Shown in pieces: positions 9,987 through 19,585 of a DNA stretch of 64,000 bases. This DNA comes from Dehalococcoidia bacterium. Its GTDB lineage: Bacteria > Chloroflexota > Dehalococcoidia > SpSt-223. Below the pieces are notes generated by a model. It did not search any database and was not told the origin of the DNA. It saw only the letters and a program-made list of their open reading frames with translations. The translations under genes were made by a program, and so were the position numbers. The stretch is from positions 49,022 through 113,021 of the forward strand of contig BPIC01000003.1 of assembly GCA_026003895.1 (NCBI GenBank), read 5' to 3'. Position 1 is the stretch's first letter. Each line of letters starts with the position of its first letter.

Positions 9987-10927
9987 ACATTCCCCCCAAA
10001 GTGACCCTCATCGACGTCAGCGCCCGCGACGGCCTGCAGAACGAGGCGGAGATCCTCACGCCCGCCCAGCGCGCGGAACTCGTCCAGCGCGTCAGTGCCG
10101 CCGGGCTGCCCGAGCTGGAGTTCGGCTCCTTCGTCTCGCCGAAGGCTGTCCCCCAGATGGCCGGCGCCGATGAAGTGTTCAAGACTGCGGTCCGCAACCC
10201 AGCGGTGCGGTATCACGGCCTCGTCCCGAATATGCGGGGGTACGAAAACGCTGTCGCCGCCGGCGTTACCGATGTTCGCCTCGTCGTCGCGGCGTCCGCA
10301 CCGCTTCACGAGGCAAATTTCCGCCGCACGATCGACGAGTCGCTCGCCGACCATACCCAGATTGTCGCTCGGGCAAAGCAAGATGGCGTCCACATCGAAG
10401 CCGTGATCGGCGGCTCCTTCGGCGATCCGTTTGTCGGGCGGACGCCGGTGAGCGCCGTGATGCACTGTGTCGACCACTACTACGCGATCGGTGTGCGGGA
10501 CATCAGCGTCGCCGATACGGTGGGCATGGGCACGCCGAAGCAGGTCGCCGAGGTCATCACCACCATCCAGCGCACCTACCCCGATGTGACGCTCGGCACG
10601 CACTTCCACGATACCCGCAACACCGGCTTCGCCAACGTCATCACGGCGCTCGATCTTGGCGTCCTGCGCCACGATGCCTCGTTGGGAGGCACGGGGGGCT
10701 GTCCCTTCGCGCCGAAAGCGGGCGGCAACATCTGCCTCGAGGATTTGGTGCAGATGCTCTACGGGATGGGTGTTGACACCGGGATCGACCTCGATGGCCT
10801 GATCGAGAGCGCCCGCTGGCTCCAAGGAGTGCTCGGAAAGCCGCTTCCAAGCCGGATGCTCAAGGCGGGGCCGGTCTACCCGGTATTCAAGCCGGTCAGC
10901 GCCACTCCGGCCGCTGCCTCCTCGTGA
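9983..10927 (+). CDS. HMG-CoA lyase family (DRE-TIM) acyl-CoA lyase
   Basis: RDGLQNE, HFHDTR and GGCPFAPKAGGN motifs. ATGA overlap with the CoA-transferase. Confidence 0.92.
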   Translation: MNIPPKVTLIDVSARDGLQNEAEILTPAQRAELVQRVSAAGLPELEFGSFVSPKAVPQMAGADEVFKTAVRNPAVRYHGLVPNMRGYENAVAAGVTDVRLVVAASAPLHEANFRRTIDESLADHTQIVARAKQDGVHIEAVIGGSFGDPFVGRTPVSAVMHCVDHYYAIGVRDISVADTVGMGTPKQVAEVITTIQRTYPDVTLGTHFHDTRNTGFANVITALDLGVLRHDASLGGTGGCPFAPKAGGNICLEDLVQMLYGMGVDTGIDLDGLIESARWLQGVLGKPLPSRMLKAGPVYPVFKPVSATPAAASS

Positions 10928-11601
10928 ACCGGATCGTCCGCGCCGTGCCACGCCCGGCGCCGGACATCCTCGCGACGCTCGCCAGCGTCCCCACCCAGGC
11001 TCTCGCGGCGAGCCACGCGCTCGGCGCAGAGTGCGTCATCGACCCGGCAATCCGCCCGCTGCGGAGCGGCATGCGCATTTGTGGGCCTGCGCTTACGGTT
11101 CGTCCTGACGTCCCCTCCATCCTGATCCCGCTGTATGCGCTTCGCTTTGCCCAGCCGGGCGATGTCCTCGTGATCGATGCCGACGGGCGGCTGGACGTTG
11201 CCGTCTGGGGCGCCGGGATGACGCGGGCTGCCCACGCGGCCGGCATCGCCGGTGTCATTGTCGATGGCGCAGCCGTCGACCGCGAAGCGCTCGCCACCGC
11301 GGATGTTGCCGTCTACGCCCGGGGAGTCTCGCCGGCAATCAACTTCGACCCCCGTCCCGGATCGATCAACGTCGGAGTGCTGTGCGGCGGCCGGCCGGTT
11401 GATCCGGGCGACCTGATTCATGCGGACGGTGATGGCGCTCTCGTCATTCCCCGCGACCGCATCGAGGAGGCGATCGAGGCGGCTCGCTGGTGGCGAGAGC
11501 ACGTCGCCGCTTGGAGCGAGGCGATTCGCAGCGGCCGCACGCTCTTCGAGGCGCTCGGCTTCGACCGTGAGGTTGAGCGGCTGGGCATCCCAGAAGAGTG
11601 A
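10924..11601 (+). CDS. RraA / HMG aldolase family protein
   Basis: GPALTV, GDVLVID, AVWG and PGDLIHADGDG motifs. GTGA overlap. Confidence 0.88.
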   Translation: MNRIVRAVPRPAPDILATLASVPTQALAASHALGAECVIDPAIRPLRSGMRICGPALTVRPDVPSILIPLYALRFAQPGDVLVIDADGRLDVAVWGAGMTRAAHAAGIAGVIVDGAAVDREALATADVAVYARGVSPAINFDPRPGSINVGVLCGGRPVDPGDLIHADGDGALVIPRDRIEEAIEAARWWREHVAAWSEAIRSGRTLFEALGFDREVERLGIPEE

Positions 11602-13700
11602 CCGACCAGCGGCGACGCGCTAGCGGGCCGGACGACTCGGTCGCTGCGCGAGCGCAGCAAGCGCCTCGCCTTTCCCGGAGCGGACACCGCAGTGCCGCCG
11701 TTCCTTCGCCTGCCGCCGGTGCGTCCCCCGCTTCACCCGCCACCGCTTCGACCCCCCAGCACTGGCTGCCCGCGGCCGAGGCCGCCGCAGTCATCCTGCT
11801 TACCATCGTCGCACTGGCGGTTCGGCTGCTCTGGTTGGACGAGATCCCGCCCGGACTGTTCTACGACGAAGCGTACAAAGGGCTGGATGCGCTTCAGATG
11901 CTGCGAGAACGCAGCTTGCCGATGTTCTTTCCCGGCAATTTTGGACGTGAACCGCTGTTCATCTGGATCCTCGCCGGGGCCCAGGCACTATTCGGCGCAG
12001 AGCCGATCGTCCTTCGGACGACCATCGTGGTGCTGGCAGCCCTCACGGTGCCGGCCCTCTATTTGGCGACGCGCGAGCTGCTTGGCCGACTGCCAGCGCT
12101 GTTCGCAGCTGCGGTGCTTCCCTTCACCCTCTGGCATCTCGTGGTGTCGCGCGTCGCGCTGCGATTTGTGCTGTTGCCGCTCGTCGAATGCTTGGCAATC
12201 TGGTTGCTGGCGCGAGGGATGCGCACCGGTCGACGACGCGATTTTGCGTTCGCTGGCTTGTTCGTCGCCGCCTGCCTCTACACCTATACCGCGGCACGAA
12301 TGCTGCCGCTGCTCCTTGCTGTCGGCGCGCTCGGGGCGCTAATCCTTCGACCGAAGCTTGCACTGGCGCGCTGGCGACCTGCCCTCCTCACACCGGCCGT
12401 CGCCATACTCGCTCTTCTGCCGCTTGGGCTGTACTTTGTCCAGAATCCGCTCGCCTTCGGCGGGCGGGTCGATCAGGTCGTCGCCGGCTGGGAGCCGGTT
12501 GTCGATCCACGGTTTGGGCCCGGCGATCCTGGGACGATTCGCGAGAACCCCGTCCGGACAGCCCTGATGTTTTGGGTTGCGGGAGACCAGAATTTGCGGA
12601 CGAACGTGCCGGGCCGACCGGTCTTCGACCCGGTGCTGGGCATCGCCTTCGCGATTGGCATCGGCGCGGCGCTCGCCGGCAGCCGCCGACCGGCAGGACT
12701 CTTCACGCTCGCTTGGCTCGGAGTCATGCTGCTCCCCTCAGCGCTGAGCACCTACGCGCCGCACTATGCCCGCGCCATCGGGGCACTTCCGCCAGCCGCC
12801 GCGCTGGCAGGGCTTGGTCTGGCAACGGTGGCGCAGGCCGGAGCGCGGTTCGGACGCGCCGGGGCCATCGCCGGTCTCGCGGTTGCGCTCGCGGCATTGC
12901 TCTTCTCGGCGCGACTGGCGCTCGCCGACTATTTCGACGTCTGGGCCAACGACCTCGGCACCTATCGGGCCTTCGATACCGGCATCTGGGAACTTGGCCT
13001 CGCGATGCGCGCTCTGCCCAGTGAGACGACCCTGTACGTCTCGCCAATCCCCGGCGACCACCCGACACTCGCCTATGCGAGCCGCCGCAGCGACATCCGC
13101 GGCTACGACGGCCGCGCCGGCATCGTCCTCTCACCACGCGGCTCGGCGGCCTACGGCGTGATCGTCGACGTCGATCGGACGACGGAGCCGATGCTCGGGG
13201 ACGCCTATCCCGGATCGAGCCCGCGATTCATCGCGCTCGACCCGGGGGCGCAGCCATGGGCCGTGCTGACCCCGGTCGACGGCGCACCACAGATCGCTCC
13301 ACGACGCCGCCTCGACGCTCGATTTGCCGTCGCCGGACAGCTCATCGGCGTCACGCTTCCCGATCGGCTTGAAGGGCGAACGCTTGACCTCACGCTCTAC
13401 TGGCAGGCGAACGGACCAACCGCGCAGCCGCTCACCGTTTTCGTCCAGCTCTTGGATGGGACCAACCGAGTCGTTGCCCAGCACGACGCTCAGCCCCTCG
13501 CCGGGAGCTACCCGACAGTGCGATGGCACCGCGATGAAATCGTGGTCGAGCGAATTCAGCTGGCCCTGCCCCGTGATCTGCCGGCCGGGGAGTATCGGCT
13601 CATCGCCGGGCTTTATGACCTTGCGACCGGCGAGCGAACCGGCGCGGTGGGCGCTGACGCGATCGGCGACGCCGTGCTGCTCGATCGGTTGCGCCACTGA
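11598..13700 (+). CDS. GT39/ArnT/PMT-like membrane glycosyltransferase with extracellular C-terminal domain
   Basis: PPGLFYDEA motif in loop 1, many TM helices, and a C-terminal LYW...VFVQLLD...YPT..W...GEYRLIAGLY domain. Confidence 0.85.
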   Translation: MTDQRRRASGPDDSVAARAQQAPRLSRSGHRSAAVPSPAAGASPASPATASTPQHWLPAAEAAAVILLTIVALAVRLLWLDEIPPGLFYDEAYKGLDALQMLRERSLPMFFPGNFGREPLFIWILAGAQALFGAEPIVLRTTIVVLAALTVPALYLATRELLGRLPALFAAAVLPFTLWHLVVSRVALRFVLLPLVECLAIWLLARGMRTGRRRDFAFAGLFVAACLYTYTAARMLPLLLAVGALGALILRPKLALARWRPALLTPAVAILALLPLGLYFVQNPLAFGGRVDQVVAGWEPVVDPRFGPGDPGTIRENPVRTALMFWVAGDQNLRTNVPGRPVFDPVLGIAFAIGIGAALAGSRRPAGLFTLAWLGVMLLPSALSTYAPHYARAIGALPPAAALAGLGLATVAQAGARFGRAGAIAGLAVALAALLFSARLALADYFDVWANDLGTYRAFDTGIWELGLAMRALPSETTLYVSPIPGDHPTLAYASRRSDIRGYDGRAGIVLSPRGSAAYGVIVDVDRTTEPMLGDAYPGSSPRFIALDPGAQPWAVLTPVDGAPQIAPRRRLDARFAVAGQLIGVTLPDRLEGRTLDLTLYWQANGPTAQPLTVFVQLLDGTNRVVAQHDAQPLAGSYPTVRWHRDEIVVERIQLALPRDLPAGEYRLIAGLYDLATGERTGAVGADAIGDAVLLDRLRH

Positions 13701-13893
13701 CTCGGACACGACCTGCCCGGACGCCCGGCCAGCGCAACGAAGGTGCACCGTCCGACAGCACCCGCGCTGACGTCGCTGCGGAGCAGCCGTTGTAGCGCCC
13801 CACTCTTGGGTTCGGGACTCAGGGAGGGGCACAGGCGCGAAGAGCCACCGGGACAGGCGAGGTTGCCCGGCGGCTCAACTGAATTGGAGCGCC

Positions 13894-14373
13894 CTAGTAC
13901 GGCCGGTAGGGCGCGTATGGCTGAGGCAGGCCGTAGGACGGGTGGCCTGGATGGCCGAAATACGGCTGTTGTGGGACGAAGGGGCCCCACGGCACGAGAG
14001 GCGGCGGGACAGTGCCCGGCTTGATCGGCACCACGCCATAGGGGCAGCTCCACGGCACGCCCGTGAAGACGCCGTCTGCCCAGAGCGAGACAAACCACAG
14101 GCAGCCTTCGCGTCCGCGCTCTTGATAAGAGCGGATCAGCGGCACCGGAGCATCGTGACGCAGCGGAATAACCGGGTAGGGGCAAATCCAGGGGACGACC
14201 ATATACGAGCCGTCGGACCATTGGGAGACATAGGTAAAACAGCCATTGCGGGCGACTTCGGAATAGACGCGGGTAACGACGATAAGCCCTTGCGCGTTCG
14301 ATGGGGCCGGCGAAATGGCCATGGCCGAAAGCCCCACGATCGCGGCGAGGGCAGCCGAGACGAGACGCCGCAT
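13894..14373 (-). CDS. Secreted protein with two ~45-aa Cys-containing repeats and a Pro-rich tail
   Basis: ATG 14373 with AGGAGG SD, a signal peptide and an internal duplication. Confidence 0.75.
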   Translation of the reverse strand: MRRLVSAALAAIVGLSAMAISPAPSNAQGLIVVTRVYSEVARNGCFTYVSQWSDGSYMVVPWICPYPVIPLRHDAPVPLIRSYQERGREGCLWFVSLWADGVFTGVPWSCPYGVVPIKPGTVPPPLVPWGPFVPQQPYFGHPGHPSYGLPQPYAPYRPY

Positions 14374-14484
14374 ACTTCCTCCTCGGCCGGGGCAACCAGC
14401 ACCCCGGCTCTGCCAGCATGTCTGCTTGGCTACTGTATCAGCAGGCCCGCCTTCCCGGCAAGGCGCCGGTCGCATCACCTGCCG

Positions 14485-15483
14485 TTAGAGCCACTCGACC
14501 TTCCGGAACCAGAAGAACACCCCCGCCGCCACACCGACCATTACACCAAACACGACAGACGCCCCCCACGGCTCGTGCAGGAGCGGAAGGTTCTCAAAGT
14601 TCATCCCGTAAATGCCGGTGATCAAGGTGACAAGCATCAAGATGGTGGCATACGCCGTCATCCGCTTCATTACGTCATTCAGGTTGTTCGAGACAATCGT
14701 GAGCGAGACATCGGCAATCGTGACGATCAGATCGCGCTGGGCGTCGATCGAATCCAGCACGCGTTGCATATGGTCGTAGACATCCTGGAAGAAAATGGAA
14801 GTCTGAGCGCCGAAGGCGGGCGCCTCGTGACGAATGATCTGCAGCAGGACATCGCGGCAAGGGCCAGCAAAGCGGCGGAGCCGCTGCAGATCGATGCGAA
14901 CCGCCAAAGAGATGTGCAGGTCGCGCATCGCTCGCCCGCGGAACACGGCAGATTCGATCCGCTCGATCTGTTCAGCGAGGACATCCAATACCGGGAAATA
15001 GCCGTCGACGATCGTATCGAGCAAGGAATAGAGCATCACGCCGATTCCGCTTGATCCGATGATCGACTCATTCCTCTTCCAGCGTTGAATCGCCTCGTCG
15101 ATCTCGGGCATCTCTTGCTCGTGGATCGTCACCAGATAGTTCGGACCGGTGAGGATGCGCAGCTCGCGCAAGAAGACGCGCCCACCCACGATCGTCGCAG
15201 CATAGAAGACGATAAGCAGCAAGCCCTCGTATTCCGATACCTTCGGCCGCTGAAGCGAGTGACGGATATCATCGACAATCAACGGATGGCAGGCAAAGGA
15301 GCGCTGAAGGACGTCAATATCGGCAACGGTCGGGTGCTGCATGTCGAGCCACGTCAGAGCGGCGGTGGCACCGTCGGCGATCTGATCGTCTTCTTGGCGG
15401 ATTTCGCCATCGCGGTAGACGAATCGCCGCACGATCCGCGGCGCGACCAAACCCTCGTGGCGCGTATGGTTCGATCCGCCCAT
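14485..15483 (-). CDS. corA: CorA Mg2+/Co2+ transporter (start approximate)
   Basis: GIYGMNF signature before two C-terminal TM helices; HSLQRPKV motif. Confidence 0.93.
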   Translation of the reverse strand: MGGSNHTRHEGLVAPRIVRRFVYRDGEIRQEDDQIADGATAALTWLDMQHPTVADIDVLQRSFACHPLIVDDIRHSLQRPKVSEYEGLLLIVFYAATIVGGRVFLRELRILTGPNYLVTIHEQEMPEIDEAIQRWKRNESIIGSSGIGVMLYSLLDTIVDGYFPVLDVLAEQIERIESAVFRGRAMRDLHISLAVRIDLQRLRRFAGPCRDVLLQIIRHEAPAFGAQTSIFFQDVYDHMQRVLDSIDAQRDLIVTIADVSLTIVSNNLNDVMKRMTAYATILMLVTLITGIYGMNFENLPLLHEPWGASVVFGVMVGVAAGVFFWFRKVEWL

Positions 15484-15671
15484 CACGCGAACGGGGCGAG
15501 CCTCCACTGCGCGACTCTTGCGGTCCATCCGTCCAACCCTTCGAGTAGTCGCTCACCCAGCGCACGCAGAGCAGGGCCACTCCGGCGCGTCGGCATCCTC
15601 TGCGACACCTGCCTCTCCCCGGCGGCGCTCCTGCTACCATCTTAGGGGAACCTGCGCCTTCGGAGTAGACC

Positions 15672-16616
15672 GTGCGCGTAGCGGTCATCGACATCGGCAG
15701 CAACACGATTCACCTGTTGATCGCGGACTCCGACGGCGACCGGCTCACACCGATCGCGGATCCAAGCCGGGCCCTCTTTCTGGGCCAAGACGTCGCCCGA
15801 CAGGGCCGGATTTCGCCGGCTCGACTGGGCAAGGCGGTCGCGACGGTTTCCGAATTTTCCGAGCGGGCCCGACGCGCCGGGGCGCAGCGCATCATCGCGC
15901 TGGCCACCGAGGCGATCCGGGCCGCCGAGAATGGTGACGAGGTGCTGCGGACGCTGCAGGCGACCGGGCTCCGCGTCGAACGAATCTCTTCCCGGCGGGA
16001 GGGCGAGCTCGCTGTGATTGGCGCATCGCTCGACTCCCCGACGCGGGCGCCGGCATTGCTGGCGGACATCGGCGGCGCCAGCACTCAGCTCGTCTGGCTC
16101 CACGGGGGGCAGCCGCGAGCGCTGGCGTCGGTGCCGCTTGGTTCGGGCACTCTCGCCGCCGGGCTGCCCGGCGACCCGCCGGGACCAGTCGCGATCGCCG
16201 CGCTCGGCGGTCAGATCGTGCCCGAGCTTCAAGCGGCACTCGCCAACTTCGGACCGCTCCCGGTCATTCATCGCCTCGTCGGCGTCGGCGGAACGATCCG
16301 CCGCCTCGGCCGACTGGCCGCCAAGGCGGCGCCCCCCGTTGAGACAAGCCGGACGGCGCTGGTGGAGGTGGTGGAATCGCTCTTTCGCGCCCCAGCCGAC
16401 CAAGTGAGCCGCCGGCTGGACTTGGATGCCCGTCGGGTTGGCACGCTGCGCGTCGGTGGGCTGATCCTGCTCAGCCTGCTCCACCAGCTTGGCAATCCCC
16501 GCTTACGGGTCAGCGCCGCTGGCATTCGCGAGGGCGCTGCGCTGTTGTTAGCGCGCGGTGTCGATCCCGCGAGCGACGAGCAGATCGTGCCCTTCGCCAC
16601 CGCGGGCGCAGCGTAA
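15672..16616 (+). CDS. Ppx/GppA family phosphatase (short form)
   Basis: IDIGSNT, ATEAIR, DIGGAST and GVGGT motifs. Confidence 0.88.
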   Translation: MRVAVIDIGSNTIHLLIADSDGDRLTPIADPSRALFLGQDVARQGRISPARLGKAVATVSEFSERARRAGAQRIIALATEAIRAAENGDEVLRTLQATGLRVERISSRREGELAVIGASLDSPTRAPALLADIGGASTQLVWLHGGQPRALASVPLGSGTLAAGLPGDPPGPVAIAALGGQIVPELQAALANFGPLPVIHRLVGVGGTIRRLGRLAAKAAPPVETSRTALVEVVESLFRAPADQVSRRLDLDARRVGTLRVGGLILLSLLHQLGNPRLRVSAAGIREGAALLLARGVDPASDEQIVPFATAGAA

Positions 16617-16621
16617 CGCTG

Positions 16622-16849
16622 CTAGCCGTAGCGTTCGAACAGATCGCCGATCGTTGTGTCGGTGGTTTCGAGCGCGCCGCCCATGAACTCTTCGTGCAGC
16701 AGGATCGCGCGGCGGACGCGCCGACGATGAGCGAGAAGACGAGCCAACAGCTCCCAGCGTTTCCGTCGCCGCGCTGCGATCACCCGGTCTTCGATCTCGC
16801 GCTCCAGCGCGAGCAGCCGGGCCTGCTCGGACTTGCTAGCCAAGAACAT
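16622..16849 (-). CDS. Small hypothetical protein (75 aa, basic, helical)
   Basis: ATG 16849 with GGGAGAG SD; fills the gap between ppx and the glycoside hydrolase. Confidence 0.55.
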   Translation of the reverse strand: MFLASKSEQARLLALEREIEDRVIAARRRKRWELLARLLAHRRRVRRAILLHEEFMGGALETTDTTIGDLFERYG

Positions 16850-16998
16850 CACGACTCTCCCTTGAGCCGGCGTCGTCGGCGCCGGATAACCCGGCGTGAC
16901 CTTGACAGCGCCTGACCGACAGCGGCGCATCAGTGCGCCCTGATCCTCGTCCCTCAGTATGGCGTCGGGCAGCACGCTCGTCAAGCGAGCGTGCTGCC

Positions 16999-19437
16999 TC
17001 AGTTGCTGGGCACCCGGCTCGGGAACCACCGGCGGTAATCGGTGCCGACGTTGGCGCGCTCGACTTGCCAGTCTGCGGGATTGGCGGGATCGTAGGTCAG
17101 GATCGCCCGTTGGAACGCCTGCACAACGATCTTGCGCCCCGTGATGCTTCCCTTCGACACCGTTGCTTCAACCGGCTCGGTGATCGGCAGGCCGACGTCG
17201 TGCAACCATCCGCCGGGAAAGAGATCGCTGCGCGTGATGTATTTCCAGAAGTACGCCGGGACCGTGTGGCCGGGTGCGCTGCGGAGATCCGTCGAGAACG
17301 GGATAAACACCGAACCGTCGGGACGCTCGGCGACGTTGCCCGTGTGGCCAGCGGGCGGCGGCACGCGCTTGTCTGCCGTCGAAAGGTCGGCGATGCTCTT
17401 GTAGGTCAAGGTCGACGTGTCCCCGCCGATCGGTTGCGTTGCCCCCGCCTGTTGCAGCTCATCGACGAGGAGACCGTACTGGAATTTCCACGCGGGATCC
17501 GACTGAGTCGCCGAATGATCTTCGAGACGGCCTTTCTCGAAATATTGCACCTTGCCGCCCACGCCGCCCGGGGCAAAAGCCGGCGAGATTGCACGGCCCA
17601 AGAGGCGCGGTCCGTCGTACTTGCTGTAATAGGCCGCAAATTCGCTCGCCGTCGGATGGAAGACGATCGGGGCCGGCGCGGGCGCGGGCGTCGGCCCGGT
17701 CGACACTTTGCCGCCGAGCACTGTGGTCGACGCGAGGGGATTCGGCGGATAGCCCATCCCGATCACTTTGCCGTCGCGGTCCTTAGCGCGGACACGGAAT
17801 TGGTAGGTCTTCTCGAACTGCGCGGGAAAGTCCGGTCGCTCGCCGTAGACCGCCGAGGTCTGCGGCGAGCCAACGATCCAATCGCGCCACTCCCCGCCGT
17901 CCTCTTTCACCTGCACGTCGTAGGTCCAGCCGCTGCCTGAGCCGCCGATCGGCGACCATGAGATGGTGAACGGGGCGAGGCTGCCCGGGCCGATCGGGGT
18001 GATCGCCACTGCCGGCACACTCTTATCGTCCTCGACGAGGATCTGCACCTCCCCGCCGATGATGAAATCCTCGGGCGCGCACTCGCCGCTAATGCAGCCG
18101 AAGTTGTTGTTGTTGGTCGCCGCCGGCAGCTTGAGAAGGTAGCCGCCATTGCTGGCCGTGATTTCGCGGCTCTTCCCAAACTTGTCCATCAGCTTCGCCC
18201 GCTGCGTCGACGCCGGGATGAAGATCTCCGCCGGTTGCCCAATGTTGCTCCACGCGATCGTGACCTTGCCTTCCTGAGTGCCCCAGAAGGTGATAGCGTC
18301 CCAACCCTTGGCGCCCATCTTGTACTTGCGGCCCAGATTGACGCGGGTCACCAGCTTCGCGCCCGTCAAGTAGTCGACTGCGGTCTGGTAGGCACGATAG
18401 GCCGGGCGGATATCCCCGCTGTTGGAAACCAGACCGAAATAATCGGCCGGCTGCTTGGTCGCTGGATCGATGCTACTTGCCCCGTCGTCGTAGAGCTGAA
18501 AGATGAAGATCCGCTCGATGCCGGCAGCAAAGCCGTAGGCAAACGCCTGCCAAATAAAGTTCGCGGCCTCGTCGGCGGTCGCCCGGCCCGGGCCGTTCTG
18601 ACCGGTGCCAACGTTCCAGATCGGCACACCGACTTCGTTCGCCCAAATCGGCTTGGCGAACCCCTTTTGCGCCATCAGCCCATGGAAGCCGTCGAAGCTC
18701 GGCTTGCCCACGTAGCCAATCGGCAGGTCAAACAGCGTCGAGGGCCGGCCATACTGGTGGAGCGCCAGCGCGTCGAAGTAGTAATTGTTCTCCTTCGCCG
18801 TCGGGTCTTTCGCCAGCACGTCGAGGAAGCGCGGGAACCAATCTTGGTTATTCCAGGTGAACGAGAGTCCGCCCAACAGGACCGTGATCGTCGGGTCGAC
18901 GCTCTTGAGCGTGCGGTAACTCACCTTCAGGAGGTCGTAGTAGTCAGCCGGGCTTCCTTTCCAGAAGACACCTTCGCCATTGTCCGCTTTCAAGTCCGGC
19001 TCGTTCCACACTTCCCAGACCTTGATTTTGCCCTTGTAGCGGGTGGCAGCCTCACGGACGAACACTTCCCAGTCCTTCAGCCAATCGCCGTGTGGGCCCC
19101 ACTTTGGGTAGCCGAGCAGGATGCCTTGGCTATTGATACCGGCGGCGAGGTTGGCGTTCACCGTGGCATCGTAGCGATCCCATTTGAACGGGCCGCCCTT
19201 CGTCTCTTGAACCTCAGAGAAATAGACCGGGAACCGGTCCCACGCGGCGCCCATCTCGACTGCTTGACGAACGCGCTTCGGGTCGGGCAGCAAGCCCGGC
19301 GTCGTGATGTGGGCCACCCCAAACGAATCTTCCCGGACACCCATGCGCAGCGCGGGCGGGGGCGCAGCGCTTCCCGCCGGGGGGAGGATGGTCAACCCAA
19401 TGGCGACCAGCAGGAGTCCGGCGATGAGGCGCGTCAT
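16999..19437 (-). CDS. Secreted clan GH-A glycoside hydrolase with FN3-like and C-terminal accessory domains
   Basis: Signal peptide, WEVWNEPD acid/base motif, IWANEVG nucleophile, and FN3-like YDVQVKE...YQFRVRAKD. AGGAGG SD. Confidence 0.82.
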   Translation of the reverse strand: MTRLIAGLLLVAIGLTILPPAGSAAPPPALRMGVREDSFGVAHITTPGLLPDPKRVRQAVEMGAAWDRFPVYFSEVQETKGGPFKWDRYDATVNANLAAGINSQGILLGYPKWGPHGDWLKDWEVFVREAATRYKGKIKVWEVWNEPDLKADNGEGVFWKGSPADYYDLLKVSYRTLKSVDPTITVLLGGLSFTWNNQDWFPRFLDVLAKDPTAKENNYYFDALALHQYGRPSTLFDLPIGYVGKPSFDGFHGLMAQKGFAKPIWANEVGVPIWNVGTGQNGPGRATADEAANFIWQAFAYGFAAGIERIFIFQLYDDGASSIDPATKQPADYFGLVSNSGDIRPAYRAYQTAVDYLTGAKLVTRVNLGRKYKMGAKGWDAITFWGTQEGKVTIAWSNIGQPAEIFIPASTQRAKLMDKFGKSREITASNGGYLLKLPAATNNNNFGCISGECAPEDFIIGGEVQILVEDDKSVPAVAITPIGPGSLAPFTISWSPIGGSGSGWTYDVQVKEDGGEWRDWIVGSPQTSAVYGERPDFPAQFEKTYQFRVRAKDRDGKVIGMGYPPNPLASTTVLGGKVSTGPTPAPAPAPIVFHPTASEFAAYYSKYDGPRLLGRAISPAFAPGGVGGKVQYFEKGRLEDHSATQSDPAWKFQYGLLVDELQQAGATQPIGGDTSTLTYKSIADLSTADKRVPPPAGHTGNVAERPDGSVFIPFSTDLRSAPGHTVPAYFWKYITRSDLFPGGWLHDVGLPITEPVEATVSKGSITGRKIVVQAFQRAILTYDPANPADWQVERANVGTDYRRWFPSRVPSN

Positions 19438-19585
19438 GAGGAACCCTCCTTGGCTTGCCGGGCAAAAGTAACCAACCGAGTTAGCGGATTCAAGGGCTAC
19501 TCGGGGTGGTAGGACGGATGGGCCACGCCGCCCGGACGTCATCGGGACGCCACACCCTCGTCGAACCGAGTATCATGAGAGCGCG

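Noticed and set aside
18235-19512. 425-aa ORF opposite the glycoside hydrolase
   Set aside because: Antisense shadow; no family motifs.
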